In this document: one piece after another, positions 28,758 to 38,787 of the stretch
Position numbering within the stretch: position 1 is the first letter of the stretch
Layout of the letters: each line of letters opens with the position of its first letter
Origin: an uncultured Candidatus Saccharibacteria bacterium
Lineage (GTDB): Bacteria; Patescibacteriota; Saccharimonadia; Saccharimonadales; Saccharimonadaceae
Direction of reading: 5' to 3'
Assembly (NCBI GenBank): GCA_964552765.1
Contig: CAZKIA010000001.1
Coordinates: 61,983-125,982, forward strand
DNA length: 64,000 bases
Notes under the pieces: model-generated
The model's input: only the letters and a program-made list of their open reading frames with translations
Database searches by the model: none
Told to the model about the DNA's origin: nothing
Made by a program: the position numbers and the translations under genes

Positions 28758-29798
28758 TTATTTCAACGGCTCCGCTTTATAGTTGGCTGGGGCTTTTTCA
28801 AGCCACTCCTTAAGATCGCGTGTCGAAAGAAGCCCTTCTTGTGCACCCGGGTAGAGGACGACACTGGCGGGTGTAATTGGTGCGAGTTGCAAAGCTCCCT
28901 CGAGCGTATATCCCTTAATAAGGGCACCGATAAATGTACTCGCATAGGCATCACCACAACCAGTTCGCTCGACAGGAGGAGCAACATCGGGATAAATCGG
29001 CATAAAGAATCGCTGTTTGCCGTCACTTGCATAACTACCGGCAGGACCATCCGTGATTAATACAACCTTCGGCCCAAGTTCGTGCATTTTATCGAGTAAC
29101 TCATTGAGATCACCATACTTTCCACCTGTCACCTGGACAGCTTCTTCGCGGTTCAGTATGACGACTTCCGATCGTTTATAAACATGCTTAAGACGCCGAG
29201 CGCCAAATTTTATCTGATAGGTTCCAGGTTGAAACGCCAATTTAACCTGTGGGTAACGCTCAAGCCATTCCATAATGTCATCATGCATCTCAACAGCATT
29301 TTCAGCGATCGAACTAAAGTATATCCACTTCGGGATCTCGCTACGCGTTAAGTGCGGCCAATGGTAGTCATAGTGCTCATGATTAATCAAAATCGTACGA
29401 TCTTCTTTGTACCAAATAACGTAGTGGTAATTTGTCACTTTACCGCGCTGCATCTTCACAAGAAACGTATCGACTTTTTTCTTCTGCAATGTCTCAATAA
29501 CACGACGACCGTTTTCATCTGCCCCTAGGTTAGTGACAAGTGCACTGTTGAGCCCCATTTTTGCAAAGTTTACGGCTGCATTGGCAGCATTACCAACACC
29601 ATAGATGATCTTTGAGCTCTCAAATGGCATCTTCGTCCCATACGGTATACTAAGCCATTTATCACCTTCACCACGATCTTCAATACGACCATTCTCATCG
29701 AGCAGTCGGATAAAATCATCGACAACCGTATCGCCGACAGATATCACATCGATTGCATTTGGATTATCGTTAATGTCTTTTTTGGGGGCCTCAGGCAT
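28758..29798 (-). CDS. PfkB/ribokinase-family sugar(-phosphate) kinase
   Basis: It has a GAGD-type motif (ERTGCGDAYASTFIGAL) and N-terminal GG-like sheet motifs. It is tightly coupled to fba (1-nt gap) and to transketolase (2-nt gap). Confidence 0.8.
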   Translation of the reverse strand: MPEAPKKDINDNPNAIDVISVGDTVVDDFIRLLDENGRIEDRGEGDKWLSIPYGTKMPFESSKIIYGVGNAANAAVNFAKMGLNSALVTNLGADENGRRVIETLQKKKVDTFLVKMQRGKVTNYHYVIWYKEDRTILINHEHYDYHWPHLTRSEIPKWIYFSSIAENAVEMHDDIMEWLERYPQVKLAFQPGTYQIKFGARRLKHVYKRSEVVILNREEAVQVTGGKYGDLNELLDKMHELGPKVVLITDGPAGSYASDGKQRFFMPIYPDVAPPVERTGCGDAYASTFIGALIKGYTLEGALQLAPITPASVVLYPGAQEGLLSTRDLKEWLEKAPANYKAEPLK

Positions 29799-29800
29799 GA

Positions 29801-30823
29801 TTATTCTCCTTGATGATATTGGGGGTTATGTTTTATAAACTCTTCAGTTGTCGAAACGATATGGGTATCGGTAAGGCCAAAGTGCTCAAGCAGCTCCTCG
29901 GGTGTTCCGGACTCACCAAAACGATCTTGCATTCCCATGCGATGAATCGGTACGGGCAGTCGTTCGGTCGATACTTCACAAATTGCACTACCAAATCCAC
30001 CAGCAGCTTGCGCTTCTTCGATCGTAATTGCACGACCACATTTTTTAAGTGAAGTAATAATTGTCTCAGTATCAAGTGGCTTGATAGTTGGGACATGGAC
30101 AACCTCAGCATTAATACCACGTTTGGCCAACTCTTCAGCGGCAACCAGGCACTGATATGACATCGTCCCGGTACCAATTAACGCCACGTCTTTACCTTCA
30201 CGTAGTACATAGGCTTTTCCTATCTCAAATGGTGTCTGCTCGGTCGTAAATATTGGTGTTGCCTCACGGGCTAATCGTATATAGCTTGCCGATTCTTGAC
30301 GAGCAATGGCTCGCGTCGCTTTTTCTGCCTCAATACTATCACCTGGTGCAATCACAATCATGTGCGGTAATACTCTCATGAGTGCAATATCTTCAAGCAT
30401 CTGATGTGTCGCTCCATCAGGGCCGACGGAAATACCCGCATGCGATCCAACAATACAGGTAAATCGTTCGTTGAGGCATAGCGTTGTTCGTATCTGCTCC
30501 CAGTTTCGCCCAGGACTGAATGCCGCATAGCTACTAGTAAATGGTTTTTTACCCATTGCGCTCATGCCGGCAGCGACTGTCACCAGATTCTGCTCAGCAA
30601 CACCTACTTCAATAAATCGTTGTGGGTGCGCATCACGAAACATATGCATTTGAGTTGATTCGGTGAGATCGGCACACAATGCGACAATCGTTTCGTCTTC
30701 ATCTCCTGCAGCCTTAAGTCCACGACCAAATCCTTTACGAATCGATTCGGTCTCAATATCTTTCGAGCCAATATGGGTGGCAAGATGCAGATTATTCACC
30801 TTCACTCCTAATCTTCCCGGCAA
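29801..30823 (-). CDS. Transketolase, C-terminal (pyrimidine-binding) subunit
   Basis: This is the split-tkt C-half (FIEVGVAEQNLV, GATHQ). The true start may be the GTG at 30799 (AGGAG 5 nt upstream), which reduces the overlap with the N-subunit gene. Confidence 0.9.
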   Translation of the reverse strand: MPGRLGVKVNNLHLATHIGSKDIETESIRKGFGRGLKAAGDEDETIVALCADLTESTQMHMFRDAHPQRFIEVGVAEQNLVTVAAGMSAMGKKPFTSSYAAFSPGRNWEQIRTTLCLNERFTCIVGSHAGISVGPDGATHQMLEDIALMRVLPHMIVIAPGDSIEAEKATRAIARQESASYIRLAREATPIFTTEQTPFEIGKAYVLREGKDVALIGTGTMSYQCLVAAEELAKRGINAEVVHVPTIKPLDTETIITSLKKCGRAITIEEAQAAGGFGSAICEVSTERLPVPIHRMGMQDRFGESGTPEELLEHFGLTDTHIVSTTEEFIKHNPQYHQGE

Positions 30824-31652
30824 GGGTACGTAGCTTTTTCAAGGCATCTTTGGCCTGCTCGCTGTTCGGCGGTGCACCATGCCATTTGTAGTCATACTCC
30901 ATAAAATCAACTCCTTTACCCGGGATCGTATGAGCAATAATAACACTTGGCTTGTTGGTAATAGCGCGGGCCATACTACAGGCGTCAATGATACTCTCGA
31001 TATTATTACCATCAACTTCCTGAACGTGCCAGCCAAAGCTCTCCCATTTACCCCTCAGGTCTTCGAGCGGCATGATATCTTCAGTGTTACCATCAATTTG
31101 AATATTGTTGCGGTCGATGATGCCAATCATGTTATGCAGCTTGTATTTACCAGCAAACATAGCTGCTTCCCAAATATTCCCCTCATTAAGTTCACCATCG
31201 CCCATCATGACGTATATCCAGCGCTGAGGGTCGGGATCAATATATTGCAAGACATATGCCATGCCAGCGCCCTGACTCAGCCCTTCGCCTAGCGGCCCAC
31301 TAGTTGTTTCCATACCAGGCAGGTGCAACCGCTCCGGATGACCCTGCAGGCGACTGCCAAATTTTCGTAGTGTGGCAAGCTCACTCACAGGAAAATACCC
31401 GGCTCGCGCCATTGTGGCGTACCGAACCGGCACCGTGTGCCCATTGCTCAGGATAAGGATATCCCGCTGATCCCAATCAGGATTGTGCGGGTCGTGTTTC
31501 ATGATATTAAAATATAGCGCAGTGAAGATATCTGCCATACCCAACGGGCCCGCACTATGCCCCGAGCCAGCGGCTTCGAGCATACGAATAATATCCTGAC
31601 GAATCGTGTTCGCCATTTCGTCCATTTGTTTCAGTGTTAATTGCCCACTCAT
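30792..31652 (-). CDS. Transketolase, N-terminal (TPP-binding) subunit
   Basis: GHSAGPLGMADI, GDGELNEGNIWEA. Confidence 0.9.
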   Translation of the reverse strand: MSGQLTLKQMDEMANTIRQDIIRMLEAAGSGHSAGPLGMADIFTALYFNIMKHDPHNPDWDQRDILILSNGHTVPVRYATMARAGYFPVSELATLRKFGSRLQGHPERLHLPGMETTSGPLGEGLSQGAGMAYVLQYIDPDPQRWIYVMMGDGELNEGNIWEAAMFAGKYKLHNMIGIIDRNNIQIDGNTEDIMPLEDLRGKWESFGWHVQEVDGNNIESIIDACSMARAITNKPSVIIAHTIPGKGVDFMEYDYKWHGAPPNSEQAKDALKKLRTLAGKIRSEGE

Positions 31653-31683
31653 TATCTATTAGTTTACCATAATCGCCTTAGAT

Positions 31684-32319
31684 TTACTGCCTCAATACCC
31701 CTTCAAGTGCCTCATAGGCCTGTTGTGGATTATCGCTTCTTTGTATGGCGCTACCTACATTAATAACATCAATCCCCGCCGCCGCTATCGTAGCGACAGT
31801 GGCCTGGTTTGCGCCACCATCCCAGCCTATCTCACTATCAGATCTCACTTCACGGATGGCACTTACTTTATCGAGCAGTGTCAGATCTGCCTTGCCACCG
31901 AAATGCCCCAGCTTGCCACCAAACAGCATGACATGATCGGCAATCGCAATACAGTCACGCGCTGACTCTACCGTCGTATCAGCTAGTAGCGCCACACCAG
32001 CCTTAATCGAAAAGCGCTGAATATGCTGCACCATAGCCGCAATATCCCCCTCAGCTTCTGCATGTAAAATAATCAGGTGTGGTCGAAGACTGATAAGTGT
32101 CTCAAGATGCTCTGCTGGATGACGATACATTAGGTGAATATCGGCCACTACTCCCTCTGGCCACCAGACTTGGATAGGATTCGTATTTTTATTTGGGGCA
32201 AACTCACCGTCCATTAGATCAATCTGTATACGAGGAGCAAATGATACGCGTTCAATTTGTTCACGAAACACATGAGGGTCGGCTGAATAGGGCGTAACAC
32301 TTGGTACGATCATAGCCAT
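31684..32319 (-). CDS. rpe: Ribulose-phosphate 3-epimerase
   Basis: Rpe-like blocks are present: QIDLMDGEFAPN and GWDGG. The start is taken at the internal MAMIVPS (32319). The track start at 32346 overlaps the upstream membrane gene. Confidence 0.75.
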   Translation of the reverse strand: MAMIVPSVTPYSADPHVFREQIERVSFAPRIQIDLMDGEFAPNKNTNPIQVWWPEGVVADIHLMYRHPAEHLETLISLRPHLIILHAEAEGDIAAMVQHIQRFSIKAGVALLADTTVESARDCIAIADHVMLFGGKLGHFGGKADLTLLDKVSAIREVRSDSEIGWDGGANQATVATIAAAGIDVINVGSAIQRSDNPQQAYEALEGVLRQ

Positions 32320-32323
32320 AGCG

Positions 32324-32755
32324 TTAGCGCGCGCGGTGCCCGACAAAAAACCCTAAGACCATACGAAGCGTTAGTGCGAATAATGCAAACAGGAATGATT
32401 CTTTCGCTGTGATAAGCAATCCTGCTGGGGCTGTCGCAAAATACGGGAAGATGATGAGCAGCGCCAATATGACTAGCATAGCCAAAAATAATACCTGGTC
32501 AATTGATTCGGTTGATATCGGCAAAGCACGTGCGATAGTGACATATCCTGCATCGAGCAATAAAAATGAGCCTACGATATAGACATAATTCTCAAAACTT
32601 GCACCCGCCGACAACCCACCACTTGTGACGCCGAGGACAACGGCAATCGCTAAAACAAACCCAAAGAGAATTGTTCGTACGCTTGTACCATAATACGATA
32701 ACGCACCGATAAGTTTGTGTAGTAATAAGTGTGGTGGATGTGATTGGTGAGCCAT
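32324..32755 (-). CDS. Small 4-TM membrane protein of unknown function inside the pentose-phosphate gene string
   Basis: 143 aa and strongly hydrophobic, with no recognised motif. Confidence 0.5.
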   Translation of the reverse strand: MAHQSHPPHLLLHKLIGALSYYGTSVRTILFGFVLAIAVVLGVTSGGLSAGASFENYVYIVGSFLLLDAGYVTIARALPISTESIDQVLFLAMLVILALLIIFPYFATAPAGLLITAKESFLFALFALTLRMVLGFFVGHRAR

Positions 32756-32786
32756 AGTACTCCTAACTATAGTAAAACGTTACTGC

Positions 32787-33239
32787 TTACGCAAGGTCAT
32801 CGAGCTGACGGTTACGTCGACGGTAGCGCTCGGCATTGGCAAATGGCGTCTTGAGCCATGTATCAATAATCTTTTTCCATTCATAGACATCATCTTCAAG
32901 TACTCGCGACGGCAAACAAAGAACGTTACTATCATTGTCGTTACGCGTTACTTTCGCCTCATAGCTATCCCATATAACACTGGCTCTGATACCACGAAAT
33001 CGATTCGCCGCCATCGCCATACCCTGACCGCCAGTACATAGTAAAATAGCACGCGATGATTCATCAGTATCACCAATGAGTTTCGTACAAGCAATCGCGG
33101 CAAACTGAGGAAAATCATCATGTGGGTCAAGTTCTTTGCCGCCAACATCTTCAATCTTGAGACCCTGTTTACTTAAATACGCAAACACTTGTTCTTTGAG
33201 ATGAAAACCGCCGTGATCAGACCCTAAGTATATCTTCAC
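32787..33239 (-). CDS. rpiB: Ribose-5-phosphate isomerase B
   Basis: MKIYLGSDHGGFHLKE and LCTGGQGMAMAANR are typical RpiB/LacAB blocks. Confidence 0.9.
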   Translation of the reverse strand: MKIYLGSDHGGFHLKEQVFAYLSKQGLKIEDVGGKELDPHDDFPQFAAIACTKLIGDTDESSRAILLCTGGQGMAMAANRFRGIRASVIWDSYEAKVTRNDNDSNVLCLPSRVLEDDVYEWKKIIDTWLKTPFANAERYRRRNRQLDDLA

Positions 33240-33240
33240 G

Positions 33241-34254
33241 TTATTTTCCTATCGTTTTAGCCACATCTGCAGTGAGTTCTACAAGGCGATTGCTGTAGCC
33301 CCACTCATTGTCATACCAGGCAACAACCTTAAGGAGATTCCCACCGACTACTGATGTCAGAGGCAAATCAACGATACAGCTATGAGAATTACCCTTGAAG
33401 TCAGTCGAGACAAGCTCTTCTTCGGTAACCGTCAAAATACCTTGATAAAACGGCTCTTTAGCGGCTTTTTTAAAGACGTCGTTTACCTCATCAATCGTGA
33501 CATCGCGTTTAAGTAGCACCACAAAATCGCTCATGCTAACAACAGGGGTTGGTACCCGAACACTGAGCCCACCGAAACGATTCTCAAGTGCAGGCAGCGC
33601 TTTAGCGGCGGCAATACTCGCACCTGTCGTTGTCGGGACGATATTTTCAGCGGCAGCTCGTGCTTCACGCAAGTCTTTGGCCGGTGCGTCTTGTAGCTTC
33701 TGGCTGGCTGTATAGCTATGAACTGTTGTCATCATCGCTTTTTGAATGCCGAAGTTGCTCTCTAATACACTCATAACAGGAGTGATACAGTTTGTCGTAC
33801 AGCTTGCATTACTCACAACATCAGTTGTACTCTTGATCTTCTCGTCGTTGACGCCAAGTACAATCGTATCGGCACCATCACCCTTAGCCGGTGCCGAGAT
33901 AATGACTTTCTTTGCCCCAGCAGGATCAATATGAGCGCGTGCTTTCGCTGGATCAACAAAGAACCCAGTTGACTCAATCACAATATCGACGCCCATCTCA
34001 TCCCACGGCAAATTAGCTGGTTCTTTCTCGGCAAGAACTTTGATATGTTTGCCATCGACAATGATTTCATCGCTATCATAACTAACCGTATGTTCATACT
34101 CACCGTAGTTTGAATCATGTTTGAGTAAGTGCGCCAATGTTTTTGTGTCTGTCAGATCATTAATAGCCACAATTTCGAGGTCGCTACGATCAAATGCAAT
34201 CTTAAATGCATTACGTCCGATGCGCCCAAACCCGTTAATCGCTAATTTTGCCAT
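33241..34254 (-). CDS. gap: Glyceraldehyde-3-phosphate dehydrogenase
   Basis: It has INGFGRIGR and the catalytic ASCTTNC. The start is taken at MAKLAINGFG; the track start is 34290. Confidence 0.95.
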   Translation of the reverse strand: MAKLAINGFGRIGRNAFKIAFDRSDLEIVAINDLTDTKTLAHLLKHDSNYGEYEHTVSYDSDEIIVDGKHIKVLAEKEPANLPWDEMGVDIVIESTGFFVDPAKARAHIDPAGAKKVIISAPAKGDGADTIVLGVNDEKIKSTTDVVSNASCTTNCITPVMSVLESNFGIQKAMMTTVHSYTASQKLQDAPAKDLREARAAAENIVPTTTGASIAAAKALPALENRFGGLSVRVPTPVVSMSDFVVLLKRDVTIDEVNDVFKKAAKEPFYQGILTVTEEELVSTDFKGNSHSCIVDLPLTSVVGGNLLKVVAWYDNEWGYSNRLVELTADVAKTIGK

Positions 34255-34342
34255 AGTGCCATCCCTTTCCTTAAGCAGTAGCTCTTTCACTATCTAGTAT
34301 ATATCGTTATTCCCCCTCGGTGCAATCAGTTATAATAGAACT

Positions 34343-35812
34343 ATGAAAAAACGTCAGTTGCTCACCCTTGCCGAAGATTACTATGACGAAGATCAACTGA
34401 TCGAGCTCACCAGCGCGATTGATCTCGCAACCGAGCGACATGCCGGTCAAAAACGCAGGAGCGGTGAACCATACGTTACCCACCCGCTTGCAGTCGCCGC
34501 AATCTTGATCGAATGGGGGATGGATATCGACACGGTTATCGCCGGTGTCCTGCATGACACGATCGAGGATACTGATGCAACATTTGAGGAGTTAGAGAAA
34601 TACTTTGGCCGTGACGTAGCATTTTTGGTAGACGGCGTCACAAAAGTTAGTCAAGCACGCGCCGGTATGAAAGACCTCAGTCATTACTTACCTGAAACCA
34701 AAGACAACCTGACCAAACTCCTCATCGCTGTTGGCCAAGATGTCCGCGTCATCATTATCAAACTCGCCGATCGCCTCCATAATATGCAAACCCTACGCTA
34801 TATGTCTGCCGCAAAACAACAGAAAATATCTCGTGAAACTATTGAAGTCTTTGCCCCGATTGCCGATCGTCTCAACATGGGGCGTGTTCGCGTGCAACTT
34901 GAGGAACTAGCCTTTTCCTATCTGAATCCGAAAGAACACAACCGTCTGAAAAAAGAGATCAATACCCGAATCGGCCTGAGTCGTAAACGCCTCGCACAAG
35001 TACGAACCACTATTGATGCTCGATTGACAGCCGAGAAGATTCCCCATCAAATGGATGGACGCGTTAAAAGTGTCTACAGTCTCTATAAAAAACTCCGCAA
35101 AATTCCTGATATTGATGAGATATACGACATCCTTGCTCTCCGTGTCATCGTCGAAGATGTGACGACATGCTATTTAGTGCTTGGCATCATTCATGGCCTC
35201 TATCCGCCAATGGTCAACCGTATCAAAGACTATATTGCACGCCCTAAACTCAATGGTTACCAAAGTCTTCACACTACCGTCATGACATCTTCAGGTCAAA
35301 TTGTTGAATTTCAGATTCGTACCGAGCAAATGCACGATTATGCAGAACGAGGATTAGCTGCGAGTTTTCACTACAATGAACAAAAGCTGACCGATGCCTA
35401 CCGTAAAGGCCATATTGCTGATATGCCTGCTGATTTACGCTGGATTAGGGAGCTCCAAGAAGTCGCCGCCCAACTCAAAGAAGGGAAAGAGATCGATGTC
35501 GAACATCTAAAGATTGATCTTTTTGGTGACAGAATATTTGTTTACTCTCCAAAAGGTGATATTTACGATCTACCCGAAGGAGCGACACCACTTGATTTTG
35601 CCTATCGCATCCACAGCGATCTTGGCGAAAAAGCCTCAGGCTTTATTGTCAACGGCAAGATGGAAAAATTTAACTACCGACTACAAAACGGCGAAGTTGT
35701 CGAAGTTATCACAAAAAAGAACGCCAAGCCAAATACTGACTGGTTATCATGGGTATTTACCTCTCATGCTCGCAACAAAATCCGTGCCCAGCTCAATCGC
35801 TATAAAAAATAA
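34343..35812 (+). CDS. RelA/SpoT-homolog (p)ppGpp synthetase/hydrolase (HD + synthetase + TGS, no ACT)
   Basis: It has an HD domain (HPLAVA...HDTIEDT), a synthetase block (YQSLHTTV, RTEQMH) and a TGS domain (VYSPKGDIYDLPEGATPLDFAYRIHSDLG). TATAAT lies 6 nt upstream of the ATG. Confidence 0.9.
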   Translation: MKKRQLLTLAEDYYDEDQLIELTSAIDLATERHAGQKRRSGEPYVTHPLAVAAILIEWGMDIDTVIAGVLHDTIEDTDATFEELEKYFGRDVAFLVDGVTKVSQARAGMKDLSHYLPETKDNLTKLLIAVGQDVRVIIIKLADRLHNMQTLRYMSAAKQQKISRETIEVFAPIADRLNMGRVRVQLEELAFSYLNPKEHNRLKKEINTRIGLSRKRLAQVRTTIDARLTAEKIPHQMDGRVKSVYSLYKKLRKIPDIDEIYDILALRVIVEDVTTCYLVLGIIHGLYPPMVNRIKDYIARPKLNGYQSLHTTVMTSSGQIVEFQIRTEQMHDYAERGLAASFHYNEQKLTDAYRKGHIADMPADLRWIRELQEVAAQLKEGKEIDVEHLKIDLFGDRIFVYSPKGDIYDLPEGATPLDFAYRIHSDLGEKASGFIVNGKMEKFNYRLQNGEVVEVITKKNAKPNTDWLSWVFTSHARNKIRAQLNRYKK

Positions 35813-35831
35813 GGGGCGCCCGCTCCTTGCA

Positions 35832-36305
35832 CTATATTGTTTCAATCAACCGCTCATCCACCAGCCGCCGCAACGCTTCTTCGATAAAATCATCAAAGTA
35901 AAATCCTACGAATTTCTTATGAAGTAACTCATCGAGGGTTATCCATCGATACGATTGATGCTCGTAACTCAAGTTAACCTCTGATGTTGTTACCTGCGCA
36001 AGGTAGAGTCGCTTTTCAACGACAGTACCGACACCCGCAACGACAGTCCTCGCCCGATACACCTCGCGAAGTTCAGATAGCGGTATATCGATACCAGTCT
36101 CTTCACGCGTTTCTCGCTGCGCGCCTTCGTCGGGTGTCTCATTTTCTTTAACAATTCCGCCTGGTAAATCCGAGGTATGTGAAAGATACGGATATTTAGT
36201 GTGTTCGCCAATCTTTAGGAGGAGGATGCGGTTGTCAGGGTTAATAAGTAGGCACTTTGCTACGTACCCCTTAACATCATGATTTGATTGTACCGATCCG
36301 TCCAC
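35832..36305 (-). CDS. NUDIX hydrolase
   Basis: Nudix box: GGIVKENETPDEGAQRETREETGI. Confidence 0.85.
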   Translation of the reverse strand: MDGSVQSNHDVKGYVAKCLLINPDNRILLLKIGEHTKYPYLSHTSDLPGGIVKENETPDEGAQRETREETGIDIPLSELREVYRARTVVAGVGTVVEKRLYLAQVTTSEVNLSYEHQSYRWITLDELLHKKFVGFYFDDFIEEALRRLVDERLIETI

Positions 36306-36308
36306 GTG

Positions 36309-36842
36309 CTAGTTGTTCGATTCGTAGCGCTCAATGCATTGTTTAATAATCGATTTCGCCTCATCAGCATCACCCCAGCCAAGCACCTTGGTGCTACCTG
36401 GTTTTTTGAGGTCTTTATAATGCATAAAATGATGCTCAATTTTTTGCTTCCAGCGACCATGCAAGTCTGATAGCGACTGTATGGCATTATCAGTATTTCG
36501 ATCATCTTCAGGTACGCAGATAATCTTGTCATCTACTTCCCCGTCATCCTCAAACTTCAGCACAGCAATAACCTTTGCCTTCAAAAATACACCCGTCGGG
36601 ATAGGGTCATTGGTAAGAACAAGGGTATCGAGTTCATCGCCATCCTCATCAAGTGTTGCCGGAATAAAACCATAGTTCACAGGCTTAGCAAAGATACTTG
36701 GTTCAACACGATCAAGCTCAAAAGCCGCCACGTGACGGTTCCATTCAATCTTTAGTGTTGACCATTTCGGTATTTCAATAACAGTATTAATAACACCCGC
36801 TTCGATATCACCAGGTGTCAGGACTTTATTAAAATCAGGCAT
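36309..36842 (-). CDS. ppa: Family I inorganic pyrophosphatase
   Basis: VIEIPKWS..KIEWN, DEDGDELDTLVL. Confidence 0.9.
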   Translation of the reverse strand: MPDFNKVLTPGDIEAGVINTVIEIPKWSTLKIEWNRHVAAFELDRVEPSIFAKPVNYGFIPATLDEDGDELDTLVLTNDPIPTGVFLKAKVIAVLKFEDDGEVDDKIICVPEDDRNTDNAIQSLSDLHGRWKQKIEHHFMHYKDLKKPGSTKVLGWGDADEAKSIIKQCIERYESNN

Positions 36843-36945
36843 GACTATCTCCTACTTTTATCTATTTTCGTATTCCCTACCAGTATATCACCTGTCAATC
36901 GTATCTTCACAGTACGAATCGTCAGTAGGATGATATACTAACCCC

Positions 36946-37638
36946 ATGCTTATCATTGCCCATAGAGGATCACGCGGTACTCATCCTGAAAACACTATAC
37001 CCGCTCTGCGTGAAGGAGTCGCCTCAGGTGCCGACATGATCGAATTTGACGTACGCCTCACACGTGATGGTGAACTGGTGCTTTTTCATGACTTCCACCT
37101 CTACCGTACACACAAAAAAGCTAACATTATCCGTACGCTTACCTTATCAGAGCTGCAAAAACGTACCGCCGGAAGTGAATACCCTATCGTTACATTGCGA
37201 CAAGCTCTCAAAGAGTGTGGCGGTAAAATATTTATTAATATCGAAGTTAAAGACCGTGGGTCAGGCCGCAAAACGATAGAGTTCCTCCTCGAGCACCACA
37301 AACATATGATAAAAAACATTATGATATCATCATTTTCTCTTCGTGAATTAGCCGCGGTACGATCACGTAGTAACAGTATTGCTCTTGGTTACCTCCAGCA
37401 TATCAACCCCTTCGCTTTTCTTGCCTTTGAGCGGACACTACATCTTAGTGCAGTCGGCTTTCACCGCCTCCATGCACCATCGCTCGCGATTCAAGCAGCA
37501 CACAAATTAGATATGCTCACCTATGCTTATACCGTTAATCGTGGTGATGCCATCGCACAACTTGCCCAAAAAGACATCGATGCGGTTGTCACTGACTATC
37601 CACGAAAATTTGCCTCATCCCTGCGTACGCATCGCTAG
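36946..37638 (+). CDS. Glycerophosphodiester phosphodiesterase (GDPD family)
   Basis: It has IIAHRGSRGTHPENT and EFDVRLTRDGELVLFHD. TATACT lies 6 nt upstream of the ATG. Confidence 0.85.
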   Translation: MLIIAHRGSRGTHPENTIPALREGVASGADMIEFDVRLTRDGELVLFHDFHLYRTHKKANIIRTLTLSELQKRTAGSEYPIVTLRQALKECGGKIFINIEVKDRGSGRKTIEFLLEHHKHMIKNIMISSFSLRELAAVRSRSNSIALGYLQHINPFAFLAFERTLHLSAVGFHRLHAPSLAIQAAHKLDMLTYAYTVNRGDAIAQLAQKDIDAVVTDYPRKFASSLRTHR

Positions 37639-38598
37639 CTACACGCTTGCCGCGCGGGCGTGCTCATCGAGATACTCGCGGATCTTGAGCGCAGCCGTTG
37701 CACCCTCACCAACCGCACTAGCAATCTGTGCTGTCGCACCATTTCTGACGTCACCACTCGCAAATACGCCTGGCATCGTCGTCCGAAGCTCGCTATCCGT
37801 CTTTACCATACCGATTTCATCTAGCTCAACCGCCGAATCTTTCAAGAAACCGGTATTTGGCAGTAGCCCTACAAAGATAAATACTCCATCAACGTCAAAG
37901 ACAACTGGCTTACCGTCATGTGTCCCTTTCACCCGGGATACCGTTTTGCCATCTGTCGAGACAATTTCATCAGTGGTCGTCGCAAGGTGCACGGTGATCT
38001 TTCCCTCGGCTACTGCCTTATCAAGCTCGCGCTGCAATACATCACTCGCACGAATACTGGATCGAACAAGCAAATCAATATGCGAAGCAAACTTAGTCAA
38101 AAATAATGCTTCTTGGATTGCAGAGTTTCCACCACCTACCACTGCTAATCTTTTATCGCGATAAAATGCTCCATCGCATGTCGCACAGTAATGTACACCT
38201 CGCCCATATAGCTCTGCCTCACCAGGTACACCAATTTTCTTGTAGTCTGAACCCGTCGCAATCAAAACTGCACGAGCCTTGAGTGTCCCATCCATTAGTG
38301 TTTCAATTTCTTTATAGTTACCACGATCAATAATACTTGTTACTTCACCATACCGTATATCAGCCCCAAAACGCTTGGCTTGTTTTTCAAGTTGCTCGGC
38401 AAGCTTAAGCCCTTCGATGCCATCGGCAAAGCCTGGATAGTTGTCAACCCAGTCGGTTGTGGCAGCTAGACCTCCGACGACACCCCGCTCGAGTAATACT
38501 GTATCAATATCCTCGCGTGTCGTATAGACAGCCGCGCACAGCGCACTTGGCCCTGCACCGATCATGATTACGTCGTGTAGTGTGTCGTCTTTTTCCAT
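37639..38598 (-). CDS. trxB: Thioredoxin-disulfide reductase
   Basis: It has FAD (IGAGPS) and NADPH (VVGGGNSAIQEA) motifs and the redox CATCDG. Confidence 0.95.
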   Translation of the reverse strand: MEKDDTLHDVIMIGAGPSALCAAVYTTREDIDTVLLERGVVGGLAATTDWVDNYPGFADGIEGLKLAEQLEKQAKRFGADIRYGEVTSIIDRGNYKEIETLMDGTLKARAVLIATGSDYKKIGVPGEAELYGRGVHYCATCDGAFYRDKRLAVVGGGNSAIQEALFLTKFASHIDLLVRSSIRASDVLQRELDKAVAEGKITVHLATTTDEIVSTDGKTVSRVKGTHDGKPVVFDVDGVFIFVGLLPNTGFLKDSAVELDEIGMVKTDSELRTTMPGVFASGDVRNGATAQIASAVGEGATAALKIREYLDEHARAASV

Positions 38599-38631
38599 AG
38601 TTTCCGCCGTTTAAAAATGTTACGTAGTATA

Positions 38632-38660
38632 AATATAAATCTTCAGTTTACAGTTTACAA
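38632..38660 (-). promoter_or_regulatory. Candidate trxB promoter (TTGTAA-17-TATATT)
   Basis: On the minus strand, TTGTAA is at 38655-38660, followed by a 17-nt spacer and TATATT at 38632-38637. The -35 element lies inside the heptad repeat. Confidence 0.4.
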
Positions 38661-38675
38661 TTCACAATTTACAGT
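38644..38675. repeat. About 4.5 tandem heptads of CA(G/A)TT(T/C)A upstream of trxB
   Basis: The sequence reads CAGTTTA CAGTTTA CAATTCA CAATTTA CAGT. An inverted copy, TTGTAAATTG, lies at 38752-38761. A second tandem, GCGAACT x2, lies at 38769-38782. Confidence 0.8.
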
Positions 38676-38787
38676 AAGTTATCAATTCTCATTGATCAAA
38701 CAAATCGCAGATTACTCAAAATATTTTTGACACCTGATACCTGTTACCTCATTGTAAATTGAAAAATGCGAACTGCGAACTGTTTAT

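Noticed and set aside
37523-38164. 213-aa plus-strand ORF antisense to trxB
   Set aside because: It lies opposite a motif-complete thioredoxin reductase and has a Ser/Thr/Pro/Ala-rich composition with no motif. It is a shadow ORF.
38644-38782. Possible CRISPR or minisatellite array
   Set aside because: The units are only 7 nt, are contiguous without spacers, and span less than 40 bp. This is a promoter-region microsatellite, not a CRISPR array.
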